DNA of 62,899 bases, filler included, from Octopus bimaculoides (taxonomy: Eukaryota): assembly GCF_001194135.2 (NCBI RefSeq). It is 4 parts of 4 records of this genome, joined end to end, with 100 filler letters (N's around TTAATTAATTAA, not from the genome) between each part and the next. Parts side by side here need not be neighbours in the genome. Positions count along the whole stretch, not along the records: positions 1 to 13,401 come from NC_069000.1; 3 more parts are not named here. One strand, 5' to 3'. Made by a program: the position numbers and the translations under genes. The notes under the pieces were generated by a model. That model had not been told where the DNA came from, did no database searches, and saw nothing but the letters and a program-made list of their open reading frames with translations. Shown here piece after piece: positions 1 through 12,057 of this stretch (its first letter is position 1; the number at the start of each line of letters is the position of its first letter).

Positions 1-1089
1 AACAAATATTCAACTTTAATACAAACCGCATCAATCCCAGCAGCCTGGGAGAGGCTGGGAAGGCCTTGGACACTGTCCCCTACTCAGGCTCATTTAACCA
101 GGGTTCCTATGTCACGTAAGCGACGGGGGGGGGCCACACTCCTCCCCCACCTTTCCCGCCCCACTAAACCGAACGCTGTTCGTTGCAAGATTACACAAGA
201 GTGAATTGGAGCATCTAAAAGTAAAGTAGCTTGCCCAAGGAGATAATGCACATTCCCGGCCAGGAATCGAACTCGCAGCGTTTGCGGTTTCTCACAAGCT
301 CTGTGGACGAAGGCATGAAATAGGAAAATGTGCATAAGACCCCATAAATTACGAGTTAATCCCTAAGGGGATGTGATGGAAGGCGATCCAGCAATGACCG
401 TCCCATCTGTTTTAGGGGTTTGTAGGGTTACATTAGCCAAGGACTGCGAGAAAGCTGCGATTTGAAGGGCAGATTTGGCTACTATTTCCAGCGAATCGAG
501 TGACGCACCTTCTTATCGTTTTCCTTTTATATTGCTGTTATCGCTGTTGCTGTTTAAACTCAGCATCCGGCGTTCCAGCCGTACCCATTCTGCCTTTTGT
601 TCTGCTTGTATGTCTGATCTGATAAAGATTTGGCTGCTGTTTCTAGCGACCTCTCATATACTCACACCTCCCTCTTTAAATTTAGACAGAATCCATACTT
701 AGCCACTGAATCTGCTAAAAATAGCAGCCATATCCCTCTCAAACCACTCGTTCTACCGTCAATAAATTAACCAGCAACCAATGAGGGGTGGGTTCCTCTA
801 TGCAGTTGCTCTGTGCATGGTCAAGTCATTCATTATAAAGTTTGCTTTGTAACCACTAGATCACAGGTTCGATCCTACTGTGAGATATCTTAACCCTTTA
901 GCAGTCAGGTTACTCCATTAAATGTAATTCTTATCTATTCACAAAGTTTTCAATTAATCATGCATCGGCTTCTAGCTTCGATATGTCAATGATGCTGCTA
1001 CAAATTTTGACAATGGCACTGTAGGATAGGTGTGAGAGACTGGATCAGGTCAGTGTGATCATAAAGCAAGCAGAATATTTAGGCCAGAT

Positions 1090-1245
1090 GGGCGTGGCTG
1101 TGTGGTAAGAAGCTTGCTTCCTAACCATACGGTTTCGGGTTCACCCCTACTGCGTGGCACCTTGGGCAAGTGTCTTCTACCATAGCCCCGGGCCGACCAA
1201 ACCGGTGCGAGTGGATTTGGTACATGGAAATTGAAACAAGCCCGT

Positions 1246-1295
<50 letters not shown>

Positions 1296-1305
1296 NNNNN
1301 NNNNN

Positions 1306-1357
<52 letters not shown>

Positions 1358-1565
1358 AGGTATGTGTGTGTGTGTTTTTCCCTCACCACCGCTTGACAAC
1401 CGGCGTTGGTGTGTTTACGTCTCCGTAACGGTTCGGCAAAAGAGCACGATACAGTAAGTGCCAAGCGTTAAAAAGTGCCGGCGTCAATTCGTTCGATTAA
1501 AGTTATTCAAGACGATGCCCCAGCATGGCCGCAGTCTAATCACTGAAACAAGTAAAGAAAAAAGA
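1090..1565 (+). mobile_element. tRNA-derived SINE with internal (CA)n tract
   Basis: Head GGCGTGGCTGTGTGGTAAGAAG...GGTTCACCCCTACTGCGTGGCACCTTGGGCAAGTG, central (CA)n, body CGCTTGACAACCGG..GGTGTGTTTACGT, tail CCCCAGCATGGCCGCAGTC. The same family recurs at 22372 and 27195. Confidence 0.85.
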
Positions 1566-1939
1566 AACGGTAAAGACATGTTCGGTTTCAATGGTGAAGG
1601 ATTCAATACATGTCTGCTAGCATCGAGTGGGAATGGAAGTGGGTGGGTGGAAACTGTTCGGAATCCGGTCGGGTGGATTGTACCTGTAGTTTAAAGATAC
1701 AACCTTGTTCCACACTACGTCACACTGATTTTGTTTGGGAATTACGTAAAGGTTTAAGCATCTAAGGTATACTCAACCGCTCAGCGGTTGCTCGTTTCTG
1801 TTGATCCGACACTTGAACTGTCATCGTCGAAACTGACGATGGAGAATCCGTTGTGTATCGCTGCAGATGTTGGAATGGCGTGATGGTCATGGCTGGCCTT
1901 TGTTCACAGCGTTCTGCTCGGTGAAGAGTGACAACAACA

Positions 1940-2235
1940 ACAACAACACTGTGATGGCTTCAATACTGTTGCTGTTTGGGGAACACTTCTATGTCAGCTC
2001 CTCTTACCACCACCACAGTCACCATAACCACCACTGCCATCACAGTTACCACCATCACTACCATCACCACCACTACCACTACTACTACCACTACTACTAC
2101 CACTACTACTACTGCTGCTGCTGCTGCTACTTTTACTTCCACAAGAACTACCACCGAGACCACCACTGCAGTAGTTGCATCAGTTTTCTTTCTCTTTCTC
2201 TTTCTCTCCCTCTCTCCTTTCCACACACACACACA

Positions 2236-2282
<47 letters not shown>
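1940..2282. repeat. compound microsatellite: (CAA)(CAC)(TAC)(CTG) triplets then (CA)n(CT)n, abutting a gap
   Basis: Directly visible; produces the spurious poly-H/Y/T/V ORFs. Confidence 0.9.
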
Positions 2283-3452
2283 NNNNNNNNNNNNNNNNNN
2301 NNNNNNNNNNNNNNNNNNNNNNNNNNNNNNNNNNNNNNNNNNNNNNNNNNNNNNNNNNNNNNNNNNNNNNNNNNNNNNNNNNNNNNNNNNNNNNNNNNNN
2401 NNNNNNNNNNNNNNNNNNNNNNNNNNNNNNNNNNNNNNNNNNNNNNNNNNNNNNNNNNNNNNNNNNNNNNNNNNNNNNNNNNNNNNNNNNNNNNNNNNNN
2501 NNNNNNNNNNNNNNNNNNNNNNNNNNNNNNNNNNNNNNNNNNNNNNNNNNNNNNNNNNNNNNNNNNNNNNNNNNNNNNNNNNNNNNNNNNNNNNNNNNNN
2601 NNNNNNNNNNNNNNNNNNNNNNNNNNNNNNNNNNNNNNNNNNNNNNNNNNNNNNNNNNNNNNNNNNNNNNNNNNNNNNNNNNNNNNNNNNNNNNNNNNNN
2701 NNNNNNNNNNNNNNNNNNNNNNNNNNNNNNNNNNNNNNNNNNNNNNNNNNNNNNNNNNNNNNNNNNNNNNNNNNNNNNNNNNNNNNNNNNNNNNNNNNNN
2801 NNNNNNNNNNNNNNNNNNNNNNNNNNNNNNNNNNNNNNNNNNNNNNNNNNNNNNNNNNNNNNNNNNNNNNNNNNNNNNNNNNNNNNNNNNNNNNNNNNNN
2901 NNNNNNNNNNNNNNNNNNNNNNNNNNNNNNNNNNNNNNNNNNNNNNNNNNNNNNNNNNNNNNNNNNNNNNNNNNNNNNNNNNNNNNNNNNNNNNNNNNNN
3001 NNNNNNNNNNNNNNNNNNNNNNNNNNNNNNNNNNNNNNNNNNNNNNNNNNNNNNNNNNNNNNNNNCTCAGACCACAGAACATCGAGAAATATATATATAT
3101 TCCAAATGTAAACGTCACGTGAGCTTCAAGATTTCTGTCTTAAGGGTCAGGTAGTGATCCCTCGAAGTGAAATCTAGTAAATCACTGTGATTCTGCGCAA
3201 TCCAGTTACTTTTGTAGGTACGTAATACAGATACAAGGGTCGCTGACACTTGTACAACCCCCGACTTCCCCACAGAAAAATAAGCAAAGTAAATGCAGAC
3301 TGGAAGAAATGACTGAGATGTTATGTAATAGAGATTAAGATGTGACAAGTTGACAAGATAAGACAGGAACAGGACTCGATATTTGCAGGACCATGATTGG
3401 TTGAATAAAACAAGGAAAACAGTAAAGAAATCATTCGTTTAATTTCTCATAC

Positions 3453-3529
<77 letters not shown>

Positions 3530-3943
3530 TACAAACACACACACCTATACAAACACACACACCTATACAAACACACGCATACATCAACATAAATATGAGT
3601 CTGTGTATGTTTGCATGTATAGATGGGTCGATAATGTTTACAACACTAACTCATAACTGAATGTGTATGTGTGTGTGTATCTATATACACTCACACACAC
3701 ACATACTAGCATACCCGTGTCGTCAAAAATGCCGACAGTTTTATTAATGATAAAAAATGGCACAGAAGCACAATGATAGAAACCACTGCTAAGAGTCAGC
3801 AATCTAGTAAGAATATGTACAAAGACAGAACTGAAGTGCTTGAAGAATCGGATATAGTTGTACGGTTTCGGCTGATAGTATCGTCTGCATATGTGTGCGC
3901 GTCTGTAAAGACACACACATGTATATATGCACATATACGTATA

Positions 3944-3975
<32 letters not shown>

Positions 3976-5389
3976 NNNNNNNNNNNNNNNNNNNNNNNNN
4001 NNNNNNNNNNNNNNNNNNNNNNNNNNNNNNNNNNNNNNNNNNNNNNNNNNNNNNNNNNNNNNNNNNNNNNNNNNNNNNNNNNNNNNNNNNNNNNNNNNNN
4101 NNNNNNNNNNNNNNNNNNNNNNNNNNNNNNNNNNNNNNNNNNNNNNNNNNNNNNNNNNNNNNNNNNNNNNNNNNNNNNNNNNNNNNNNNNNNNNNNNNNN
4201 NNNNNNNNNNNNNNNNNNNNNNNNNNNNNNNNNNNNNNNNNNNNNNNNNNNNNNNNNNNNNNNNNNNNNNNNNNNNNNNNNNNNNNNNNNNNNNNNNNNN
4301 NNNNNNNNNNNNNNNNNNNNNNNNNNNNNNNNNNNNNNNNNNNNNNNNNNNNNNNNNNNNNNNNNNNNNNNNNNNNNNNNNNNNNNNNNNNNNNNNNNNN
4401 NNNNNNNNNNNNNNNNNNNNNNNNNNNNNNNNNNNNNNNNNNNNNNNNNNNNNNNNNNNNNNNNNNNNNNNNNNNNNNNNNNNNNNNNNNNNNNNNNNNN
4501 NNNNNNNNNNNNNNNNNNNNNNNNNNNNNNNNNNNNNNNNNNNNNNNNNNNNNNNNNNNNNNNNNNNNNNNNNNNNNNNNNNNNNNNNNNNNNNNNNNNN
4601 NNNNNNNNNNNNNNNNNNNNNNNNNNNNNNNNNNNNNNNNNNNNNNNNNNNNNNNNNNNNNNNNNNNNNNNNNNNNNNNNNNNNNNNNNNNNNNNNNNNN
4701 NNNNNNNNNNNNNNNNNNNNNNNNNNNNNNNNNNNNNNNNNNNNNNNNNNNNNNNNNNNNNNNNNNNNNNNNNNNNNNNNNNNNNNNNNNNNNNNNNNNN
4801 NNNNNNNNNNNNNNNNNNNNNNNNNNNNNNNNNNNNNNNNNNNNNNNNNNNNNNNNNNNNNNNNNNNNNNNNNNNNNNNNNNNNNNNNNNNNNNNNNNNN
4901 NNNNNNNNNNNNNNNNNNNNNNNNNNNTCCAGACCTACACTAATACACACACACACACACACACACTATTATACCACTCTACCTTTAAAACACGAACCAA
5001 CGAGGAAGCCACTGTGTGTGCACCCGAACCTGCTAGAAATAGCAACTGAATATCCCTCAAATCACAATGTTTTCTCTTTAAGGTAAATAGAATCCGTTAA
5101 ATAACGCGATCCTGGGTCTCCTATTGTTCGAGAAAAACGGAAGAGTCACGGATGGAATGTCTTAGATCAGGTTTCCCTAACAACCAGACCGCATAGAAAG
5201 AAGAAGTCTATTAGCAAAGTGTTTTGGCATTAAACATGTAATATATTTGTTGCTGGGGGTGGGGCCAGCAAAAGAGATCGATAGGTTTAGAACAAGGGTT
5301 TAAAAAAAATAAAAGAAGTGTTGGAGTCGATCCCTTCGGTTAAAATTCTTCAAGATGGTGCCCCAGCATGGCCACAGTCCAGACCTTGG

Positions 5390-5620
5390 TCCCTCTTCGC
5401 CCAAGTTGAAAGAAAACATCAGGAGGCTGTGACAGGAATCATGGATACGTTCACTTTGAAAGACTATTATGGGATCTTCACAAAGTGAACGAAGCCCTAC
5501 AACAAATACGTCGAAAGCAGACGATCTTACTTTGAAGGAGATTAGAGTTTTGGGACTGGGGGGAGATTAATAAGTCCCCCCCCCCCCACTGAAAAAGTCT
5601 CAAAACCTCTGGAATACACT
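5390..5620 (+). mobile_element. mariner transposon 3' remnant
   Basis: Translates ...YNKYVESRRSYFEGD*, matching the mariner C-terminal pattern (NKC..xGxYFEGD*), followed by TIR-like GAAAAAGTCTCAAAACCTCTGGAATACAC. Confidence 0.6.
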
Positions 5621-6079
5621 TGGTATATTATATATATACACACACATATACATATATACATATACATATATATATACATGTGCACATGTAGACATATATT
5701 TGCGGGTTTATATATTGGTGCAGAATATTAATAAAATTCAGTAAAAACACAAAAATGAATCAAAATTTGGAGCTGGTCTTGTTTTTCTTTTATTAACTTT
5801 TAAAATGGTTTCATCAACAGTTCTAAGCAATAAGGACGAGTCCAAATCCCGGAACTGTTTTAATGAACCATGGCAGGAACAATGACATATTCTTTATGGC
5901 ACCTTGTACACTTGCGTATATATTATTCTTTAGAAAGAATGTTATTGATTGTGACTTCGAAGTCACTATCTATAATATTCTTGTTAAAGAATAATAAGTT
6001 TGTACTCTACAAAAGTAAAGATGTAACTCATCAGATTAATGCGAAATCGTTTCTCTTATAACAGAACATAAAAACAGAC

Positions 6080-6116
<37 letters not shown>

Positions 6117-6601
6117 TAATCTTCAGCGTTTCAGTGTTCTCTATTTCTACATGCAAGATTAATGATTTTTACCTTATTCATCCAATTACCGATTAATTAA
6201 TTCGCCCAACAGAGCTAAAGGTGTCCCATGGCCAACAGACTTCGTTCGTTACATCGACATCTTTGCCATCTTCTATCAAAACCGTCGCTTACTAAACCTT
6301 CCGCCTGATATCTCTTTCTACAGAAATTTAGCTGATTATTTATCTTATTTTCAGTGCAAATACTGATTTTCTAACATAAATACGATGCCACGAGTTTGTA
6401 TATTATTACGACCTCCGTTAATTGATTTGTAGTTTATTTGATCGATTCTAGAAAGTTGAAACGTAAAAGATGGCTTCGGCAGGATTTGAACTCAGAGTAT
6501 TAAATGCCGAAACTATATACCGTCGTTCTCTGATAACTTTAATTGAATGTATAAATAGAATTTATAATATATTATTTTTCTGCCTTTTTTATCGCCAAAA
6601 A

Positions 6602-7162
6602 TCAATAATATTTTTGGTTTGCTATTGTTTCGATACGCCTCATCAAATAGGAATAGTCGTTGTTATCGACACGGCTCTTGAAATAAGGATACTTTTTATA
6701 AGAGTCATTGTTATCTTCATCGACGAACTGAACATGTTTTTCTGTTTCGAAACGTTGTTTCAGTGCCATGAACGACTGGCGACCAAAAGACTCACTTTCC
6801 CGTTCAACTTCATTCTCTGCATCACTTTCATCCGGGACTTCTGTTACAAAGGGTTTTTCATCGAATGATTGCAATTTGCTCTGACATTTCAGTTTGTTTA
6901 AAATATCTTCTTGGATTCCTTCTGAATTTGGGTCTTTCAAAAAGACGTATTTCGTATTTACACGTGGGTTAATATCAGCAGCAGACGATTGGAAATACTC
7001 CGCCATAGTTTCGTATGGAATTTCATTTGGATCTCCATTCTTTCTGATCAAACGTTGTTGTGATATATTTATCACATCTCTTTTGCAAGTTTCACCATCA
7101 AAAATGTCACGACTAAGCGGAATTTGAGCGGTATTGGAGTAAATTCTATTTTCAGGAACAAA
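6602..7162 (-). CDS. in-frame 186-codon continuation of the 614-aa ORF beyond a single TAA (readthrough, edited stop, nonsense allele or base error)
   Basis: 7162-7076 is 87 nt = 29 open codons (FVPENRIYSNTAQIPLSRDIFDGETCKRD), running in frame into the listed 7075-6602 ORF; similar amino-acid composition. Confidence 0.6.
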   Translation of the reverse strand, partial: FVPENRIYSNTAQIPLSRDIFDGETCKRDVINISQQRLIRKNGDPNEIPYETMAEYFQSSAADINPRVNTKYVFLKDPNSEGIQEDILNKLKCQSKLQSFDEKPFVTEVPDESDAENEVERESESFGRQSFMALKQRFETEKHVQFVDEDNNDSYKKYPYFKSRVDNNDYSYLMRRIETIANQKYY

Positions 7163-9007
7163 TTAGGGTTTAAACATGTTATATCTTTGAAATTCTCTTT
7201 CTTTTTCCCATGGAGTTACCATATCAATTGGTTGTTCAACCGATGTTTTAAAAAATCTCTCATGTACTCCTGGGACAGTGAAAGATGGCGGCTCACTAAA
7301 ATCTTCTCGAACATTCCTTTCTCTTCTTATCGTCTCAACTATTACTTCGGGATGTGATTGAAGAATAGGATGTTCTTCTCGTTGTTGTTGTTGTTGTGTT
7401 TGGTGTGTTTGTTGATGTCTGACAGGAACGTCCAAAGATCTGTTGACATAATCATGCAGAGATGCATTACTTAGCTTTATGTTCTTTCCGTAATCGTCTT
7501 CCTTCTTTTCCATATACTTCGCTGAACTTTTAAGAGTGACACCTTCATCAAGGGTTATGACGTCACTCCGGCGATTGCGTAAAACCACGACAGGTGGGCG
7601 AGATGACAAGGTTTCTTGAACAAATGCTTCGTCTCTTATTTGGGATTTTAGTTTATTCTCTTCTAAATCCGTTATGTACGTCTGAAAGGGATCGACCAGC
7701 CTGCCATGGCTGTCAACGTAATTTTCTTGAAAGTCCATTGAGTAATTCGACATGTCTATATTTTCTTCAAGAACCTTGAGAAGACGCATCAGCATCAAAG
7801 ACCGAGCAGTCTGATGGGAGTCGCCAAAGTTATTTCTTGTTTGGTTCGATGACGCAAAAGTGGAATTCGTCAAAGACTTCTCTTTCTTCTCCGGTATCAG
7901 GGACGCTATTTTAAGATTGGATTTTTTTGGCAGAACGTTGAAATTGGGAATTGTTTTCTGCAAATAAGTAAAATATTCTTCTTCAATTTTATCAATATCG
8001 GTTTCATTATTAAAGTTAGAACTATAAGGATCCGCCGAGATCTCTTGGAGGCTGATTGCGTCATGGCAATAAATGGGCTGACTTAAACCAAAATTATTCT
8101 GATGCTTCCTCCTTTGATAGTTGGAGAACTCAAAATGTGTCCGCGGTTCCACGTCATTCTGGTTCCAGTGGTAATTGTCATCGTCAGCATCGTTAATGAA
8201 ATCCCACTCATAATCTCGTGTTGGATTTGATAACTTCATTCGGTGTGTAGGGAATCTACAATATTCTTGCGTTGGGAATCGTGTGGGCTGCGTATAACAG
8301 TTACAACCACACGGGTTCATTCGAAAAGGTGGGCAATTTTGCCTGAAAGGGTTATTAATAAAATTCGGGAACCCAGTTGGAAAAGGAGGTCGATTTGGAG
8401 TATATTTATGAAAATTGTTATATCTTTGTAAATGAGGGTTTAAAAATGGGTTTAAAAACGATTTGCGAGGAACAAACGAAAAGTTCGATTGTTGTGGATA
8501 ATTTTTTTGAGAGTGAAGCATGTCCGAGTGTAATGGTGTCTGTTGTCGTAAGGAAATTTCTCCATCATGTCTCGGGACTCGGATTAACGCAAGAGAATTT
8601 TCTGCGAGATCCTTGCTGTCTTCTGTCATTAGAGAGCTTTCTAAAGGTTCCGCATGGCTTCTTCTTTTACTGCAGAAATTTATCTGATTGTTCATTTTAT
8701 CTTCCGTGCAACTGGTTGGTATTTCATGAAAAGACTGCGGCCGCAAAATCCTGCCGCCATCATAAGTCAGAAGAAGAGTTCGATCGTCATCATCGTCATG
8801 GAAATATGGCATATTTCTTGTCCGTCTGTTAACATTTTCACGTTTCATTTCAAATTGTTGTGGTGCGAATCGTTTAGAAACATCATACTGTTGCATTGAT
8901 TCTGGAAAAGACAAATTACGGCCATTTAACATGTTGCATCTGTTCAAATATGGCGGCAATTGTTGAGATTCTTGTGAATCAAAATCTGGCACATAAGATG
9001 GCAACAT
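7163..9007 (-). CDS. 614-aa uncharacterised, low-complexity (N/Q/S/P/F-rich) protein; single large coding exon
   Basis: 1845-nt uninterrupted ORF in AT-rich DNA where other ORFs are short; ATG start; no TE motifs; no recognisable domain. Confidence 0.8.
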   Translation of the reverse strand: MLPSYVPDFDSQESQQLPPYLNRCNMLNGRNLSFPESMQQYDVSKRFAPQQFEMKRENVNRRTRNMPYFHDDDDDRTLLLTYDGGRILRPQSFHEIPTSCTEDKMNNQINFCSKRRSHAEPLESSLMTEDSKDLAENSLALIRVPRHDGEISLRQQTPLHSDMLHSQKNYPQQSNFSFVPRKSFLNPFLNPHLQRYNNFHKYTPNRPPFPTGFPNFINNPFRQNCPPFRMNPCGCNCYTQPTRFPTQEYCRFPTHRMKLSNPTRDYEWDFINDADDDNYHWNQNDVEPRTHFEFSNYQRRKHQNNFGLSQPIYCHDAISLQEISADPYSSNFNNETDIDKIEEEYFTYLQKTIPNFNVLPKKSNLKIASLIPEKKEKSLTNSTFASSNQTRNNFGDSHQTARSLMLMRLLKVLEENIDMSNYSMDFQENYVDSHGRLVDPFQTYITDLEENKLKSQIRDEAFVQETLSSRPPVVVLRNRRSDVITLDEGVTLKSSAKYMEKKEDDYGKNIKLSNASLHDYVNRSLDVPVRHQQTHQTQQQQQREEHPILQSHPEVIVETIRRERNVREDFSEPPSFTVPGVHERFFKTSVEQPIDMVTPWEKEREFQRYNMFKP

Positions 9008-9149
9008 TGCTTCTTTGTATGGAGAGCTCGTGTTTTCACCTGACTTTCTTATTTCTTGGTTACTGTTCCATGTAATATATGTTATATGTTATAATCATCT
9101 GCTGCCCTCTGTAGTTTCCTTTGTTCTCCAAGTCTTTTCAGCATCTTTT

Positions 9150-9180
9150 CTAGAGAAAGAGAAAAAGAAGAAAATACAGA
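9150..9180 (-). promoter_or_regulatory. candidate 3' splice acceptor of the exon carrying the large ORF
   Basis: Minus strand TCTGTATTTTCTTCTTTTTCTCTTTCTCTAG|AAAAGATG: long pyrimidine tract plus TAG, 143 nt upstream of the ATG at 9007. Confidence 0.55.
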
Positions 9181-9854
9181 ATTTACAAATATTATTCCCA
9201 CCTGACATTATTTTGTTGTTGTCATTTGATCCTAGGTTGCCCACCCCCTGTTGACCAAAGGCATTTCACCCATGACTATCTCGGCCCTTTCTCCAGACAC
9301 AGTGCACCCCGAATCCCTTTATCCAATGTGCCCTTCCTTAAGTGTAATTGGAAAGAGGCTTAGTCGCTGTTTCTAGCCGGTGGAGCGACCACGTAGTGGA
9401 TTTCTCGTTGATTTGGCAGAATTATCGACAAAGTAGCTGCGGCATCTAGTTGCGGCTCTCCGCGTTCTGTGTTCAAACCTTGTTCGGATTCGTTTTCAGT
9501 GAAAAACATCATTAAAATAATGAAGCAGTAAAATACGAGAGATTCATAAATTTTTTCCATAAAGCAGACGAGATGTAAATGGTGACGTAATAGAATTATA
9601 ATGGAAGACAAGAGACTACTTTGGAGTGGAATTCCTCAAAGAATCTATAGATAGTGCTTCCTCGTACTCGATCGATTCGTTTTGCAAGGAGTAGCAGCCA
9701 AACCTCCTTTCAATCACATCATACCGTGTTACAAAGGAAGGACACGTCAGATAATGCAGGCGAAATATTCACTGCTTGACGGTCCTTGACTATCGATCTA
9801 CTATTCAAAAGCTGAGCTGGGATTAAACAACAACAACAACAACAGTGATAAATC

Positions 9855-10030
9855 CTTTCTGCTTTAGGCACAAAGCCAGCAATTTAGGGGACGCGGGATG
9901 CGGGGAGTTAGTCGATTACATCGACCCCCAACGCTCAATTGGTACTTATTTCATCGACCCTCGAAAGGATGAAAGGCAAAATCTACCTCGATGGAATTTG
10001 AACTCAGAACGTAAAGACGGGCGAAATGCA
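9855..10030 (-). mobile_element. tRNA-derived SINE (Meta-domain-like core)
   Basis: Reverse complement of GTTCAAATTCC...GCCTTTCATCCTTTCGAGGGTCGATGAAATAAGTACC...GATGTAATCGACTAAC. Related pieces at about 13125-13175 and 46070-46280. Confidence 0.7.
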
Positions 10031-10059
10031 GTATTCAATGAAAAGGAAGGGAAATGACT

Positions 10060-10225
10060 ACAAAGGTTTACTTTGACCACTGAGCATGTACCACTGTGCT
10101 GTGCCTTGCAGCGATCCAGCCTCTGAAAACGGGTCCGGACGCCGCCTGCTCTCAGGACGCTTTCTAAGTAGCGATGGTCGACCCTATCGAATGCGTTGGA
10201 TTGATTCAAATTGATCAAGCACCCC
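10060..10225 (-). mobile_element. L1/Tx1-clade reverse transcriptase fragment
   Basis: INLNQSNAFDRVDHRYLESVLRAGG resembles the Tx1 RT motif LDQxKAFDRVDHxYLxxVLxxxG. Confidence 0.7.
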
Positions 10226-11827
10226 CACCCCCAACAGCAGTTTAACAAAGTAGACAAAATGCGATGAAGTGTAATATTTTTGTTGCGGGAATATTAATGA
10301 ACTGACTAGATTACACTTGTCGTTTAACCCTAGGTAAGCCGTGACCGGGTAAACTTCTATTCAATGTTAATCCGATGTTGACCAGTTCTTTTTATTTACC
10401 GAGGATTGATAAGATTTCACTCGGGTGGGTTGGTTTTTACACAATATCCACCCTGATCAGGCAGATTATTTTGTAATCAGGTGACCTTGTCGGTAGTGAA
10501 ACAGCTCACAGCGACAAAGTTAAACAGATTTGATTATAAGGTTTTTAATCTAAATCAGTGATCTCTTTCCCACCGACAAGGAGGGCGAATCTGTTGCCTT
10601 CTTGGGCTGGGGATTGAAATAGAGAAGAGGAGTGCTAGAAGGCTAGGGAGTGGAAGAGGGTAGCGGCGTGAGAAAGGTAAAAAGAATGAAGATTGTCTGT
10701 TGTTTGTATATGGCTACTTGTGTTGAACGCAGAGATAGCGGAATCTTATTTAATTACTAATATGAAAAAAAGAAAGAAACACATATAGCTGCGATCACAT
10801 GATTTCTATAAAGACAACCTTGACACAACCGAATAATACGTTTGTCATTCAAGTGATTTCTGTGGTCCGTTATCTGCAAACAAACCCTTCACAATGGAGC
10901 TGATTTGCCCCAAAAAGTGTTTTCCAACGAATCTATGAAATCTTTAAGATTAGAAGAACTCTTGGAAAAAAAGAATCGTTCTGACAAGGCAAATGCAAAT
11001 TTATCTTATTTTAAAGAATTTCAAAATCGATTTTGCAAACGTTGTTAAATATGTTTACATCTGCCAGAAAAGGATGACTTACGTGTTTCTTAATTTTATG
11101 ACTGATTACTAAATCCAGCAAGGCCCACAGAATTGGTAAAACATTAATTCTACCAACTGTTGGCAAAGTTCGACATATCTTATTGCTCAAAACAGAGACT
11201 CGTTTCATTAAAAACAGTCACAAATTGAGAAAATGATCACCTCAAAGACACATTCTTAGAGGCTTGTCCAGTTTTAGTAAGAATTGTATTTAATCGACTC
11301 TATTTGGGACCGAAACCTTATTGTTTGCTTACTTTTAAGTTATAAAAGAAAAGAAAATAACTCAGGTCTTTTTATGTGCCAGACATTTTGTAAGAACTGC
11401 GAGAGAAGGATCGGATCCATGTTTCTTGTAAAAGACTTTTATTTATTCTTGTTTACTCTAGGCACAAGGCCCGAAACCATTGTGTGTGTGTGTACACGCG
11501 CATATATATGTATGTATGTATGAATATATGTATATATGTATGTATAAATATATATACACACACACATATGTACATACATATATATAATATAAGTATGTGG
11601 GTTTATGTATGCATGTATAGATGAGAAATGATAAACACAGGTAAGCAAACAAACAAACAAACAAACAAACAAACCTAAAGAGAAATCATATCGACAGACA
11701 TGGAAACAGATTGAAGCCGGAACGAAATACTATTTTCTTTCCTCAAATAATTCGCCACAGAAACCTTCTCGCCTTGGTTGAGTCGCTATGTAACAGCAAT
11801 GAAAACAACAAGAGGAACACTACTCAC

Positions 11828-11914
11828 CAACGGCTGTCTGTGCTACAGGTTCGTGTCATCACAGAGCGTCGTCACTCTGGGCTTCGGGTTGACGTCTTCG
11901 CGCGACAGCTGCCA
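11828..11914 (-). other. candidate non-coding 5' exon (87 nt) of the large-ORF gene
   Basis: GC/CpG-rich island bounded by TTATTTCAG| and |GTGAGT on the minus strand; stops in all three frames; a CpG-rich tract lies upstream at about 12100-12240. Confidence 0.35.
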
Positions 11915-12026
11915 CTGAAATAACCGAATCACCGCACCATTCCACCCATACACATCACCTCCTCTGCCTGCCACACTTCTATTCTCGTCTTTAATTTACA
12001 TTCCTAATCTCTTTAAAATTCATTAT

Positions 12027-12057
<31 letters not shown>

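Noticed and set aside
1867-5086. Long ORFs of 300-440 aa here and at 53999-55027 and 58969-62053
   Set aside because: Composed of X from gaps plus microsatellite translations.
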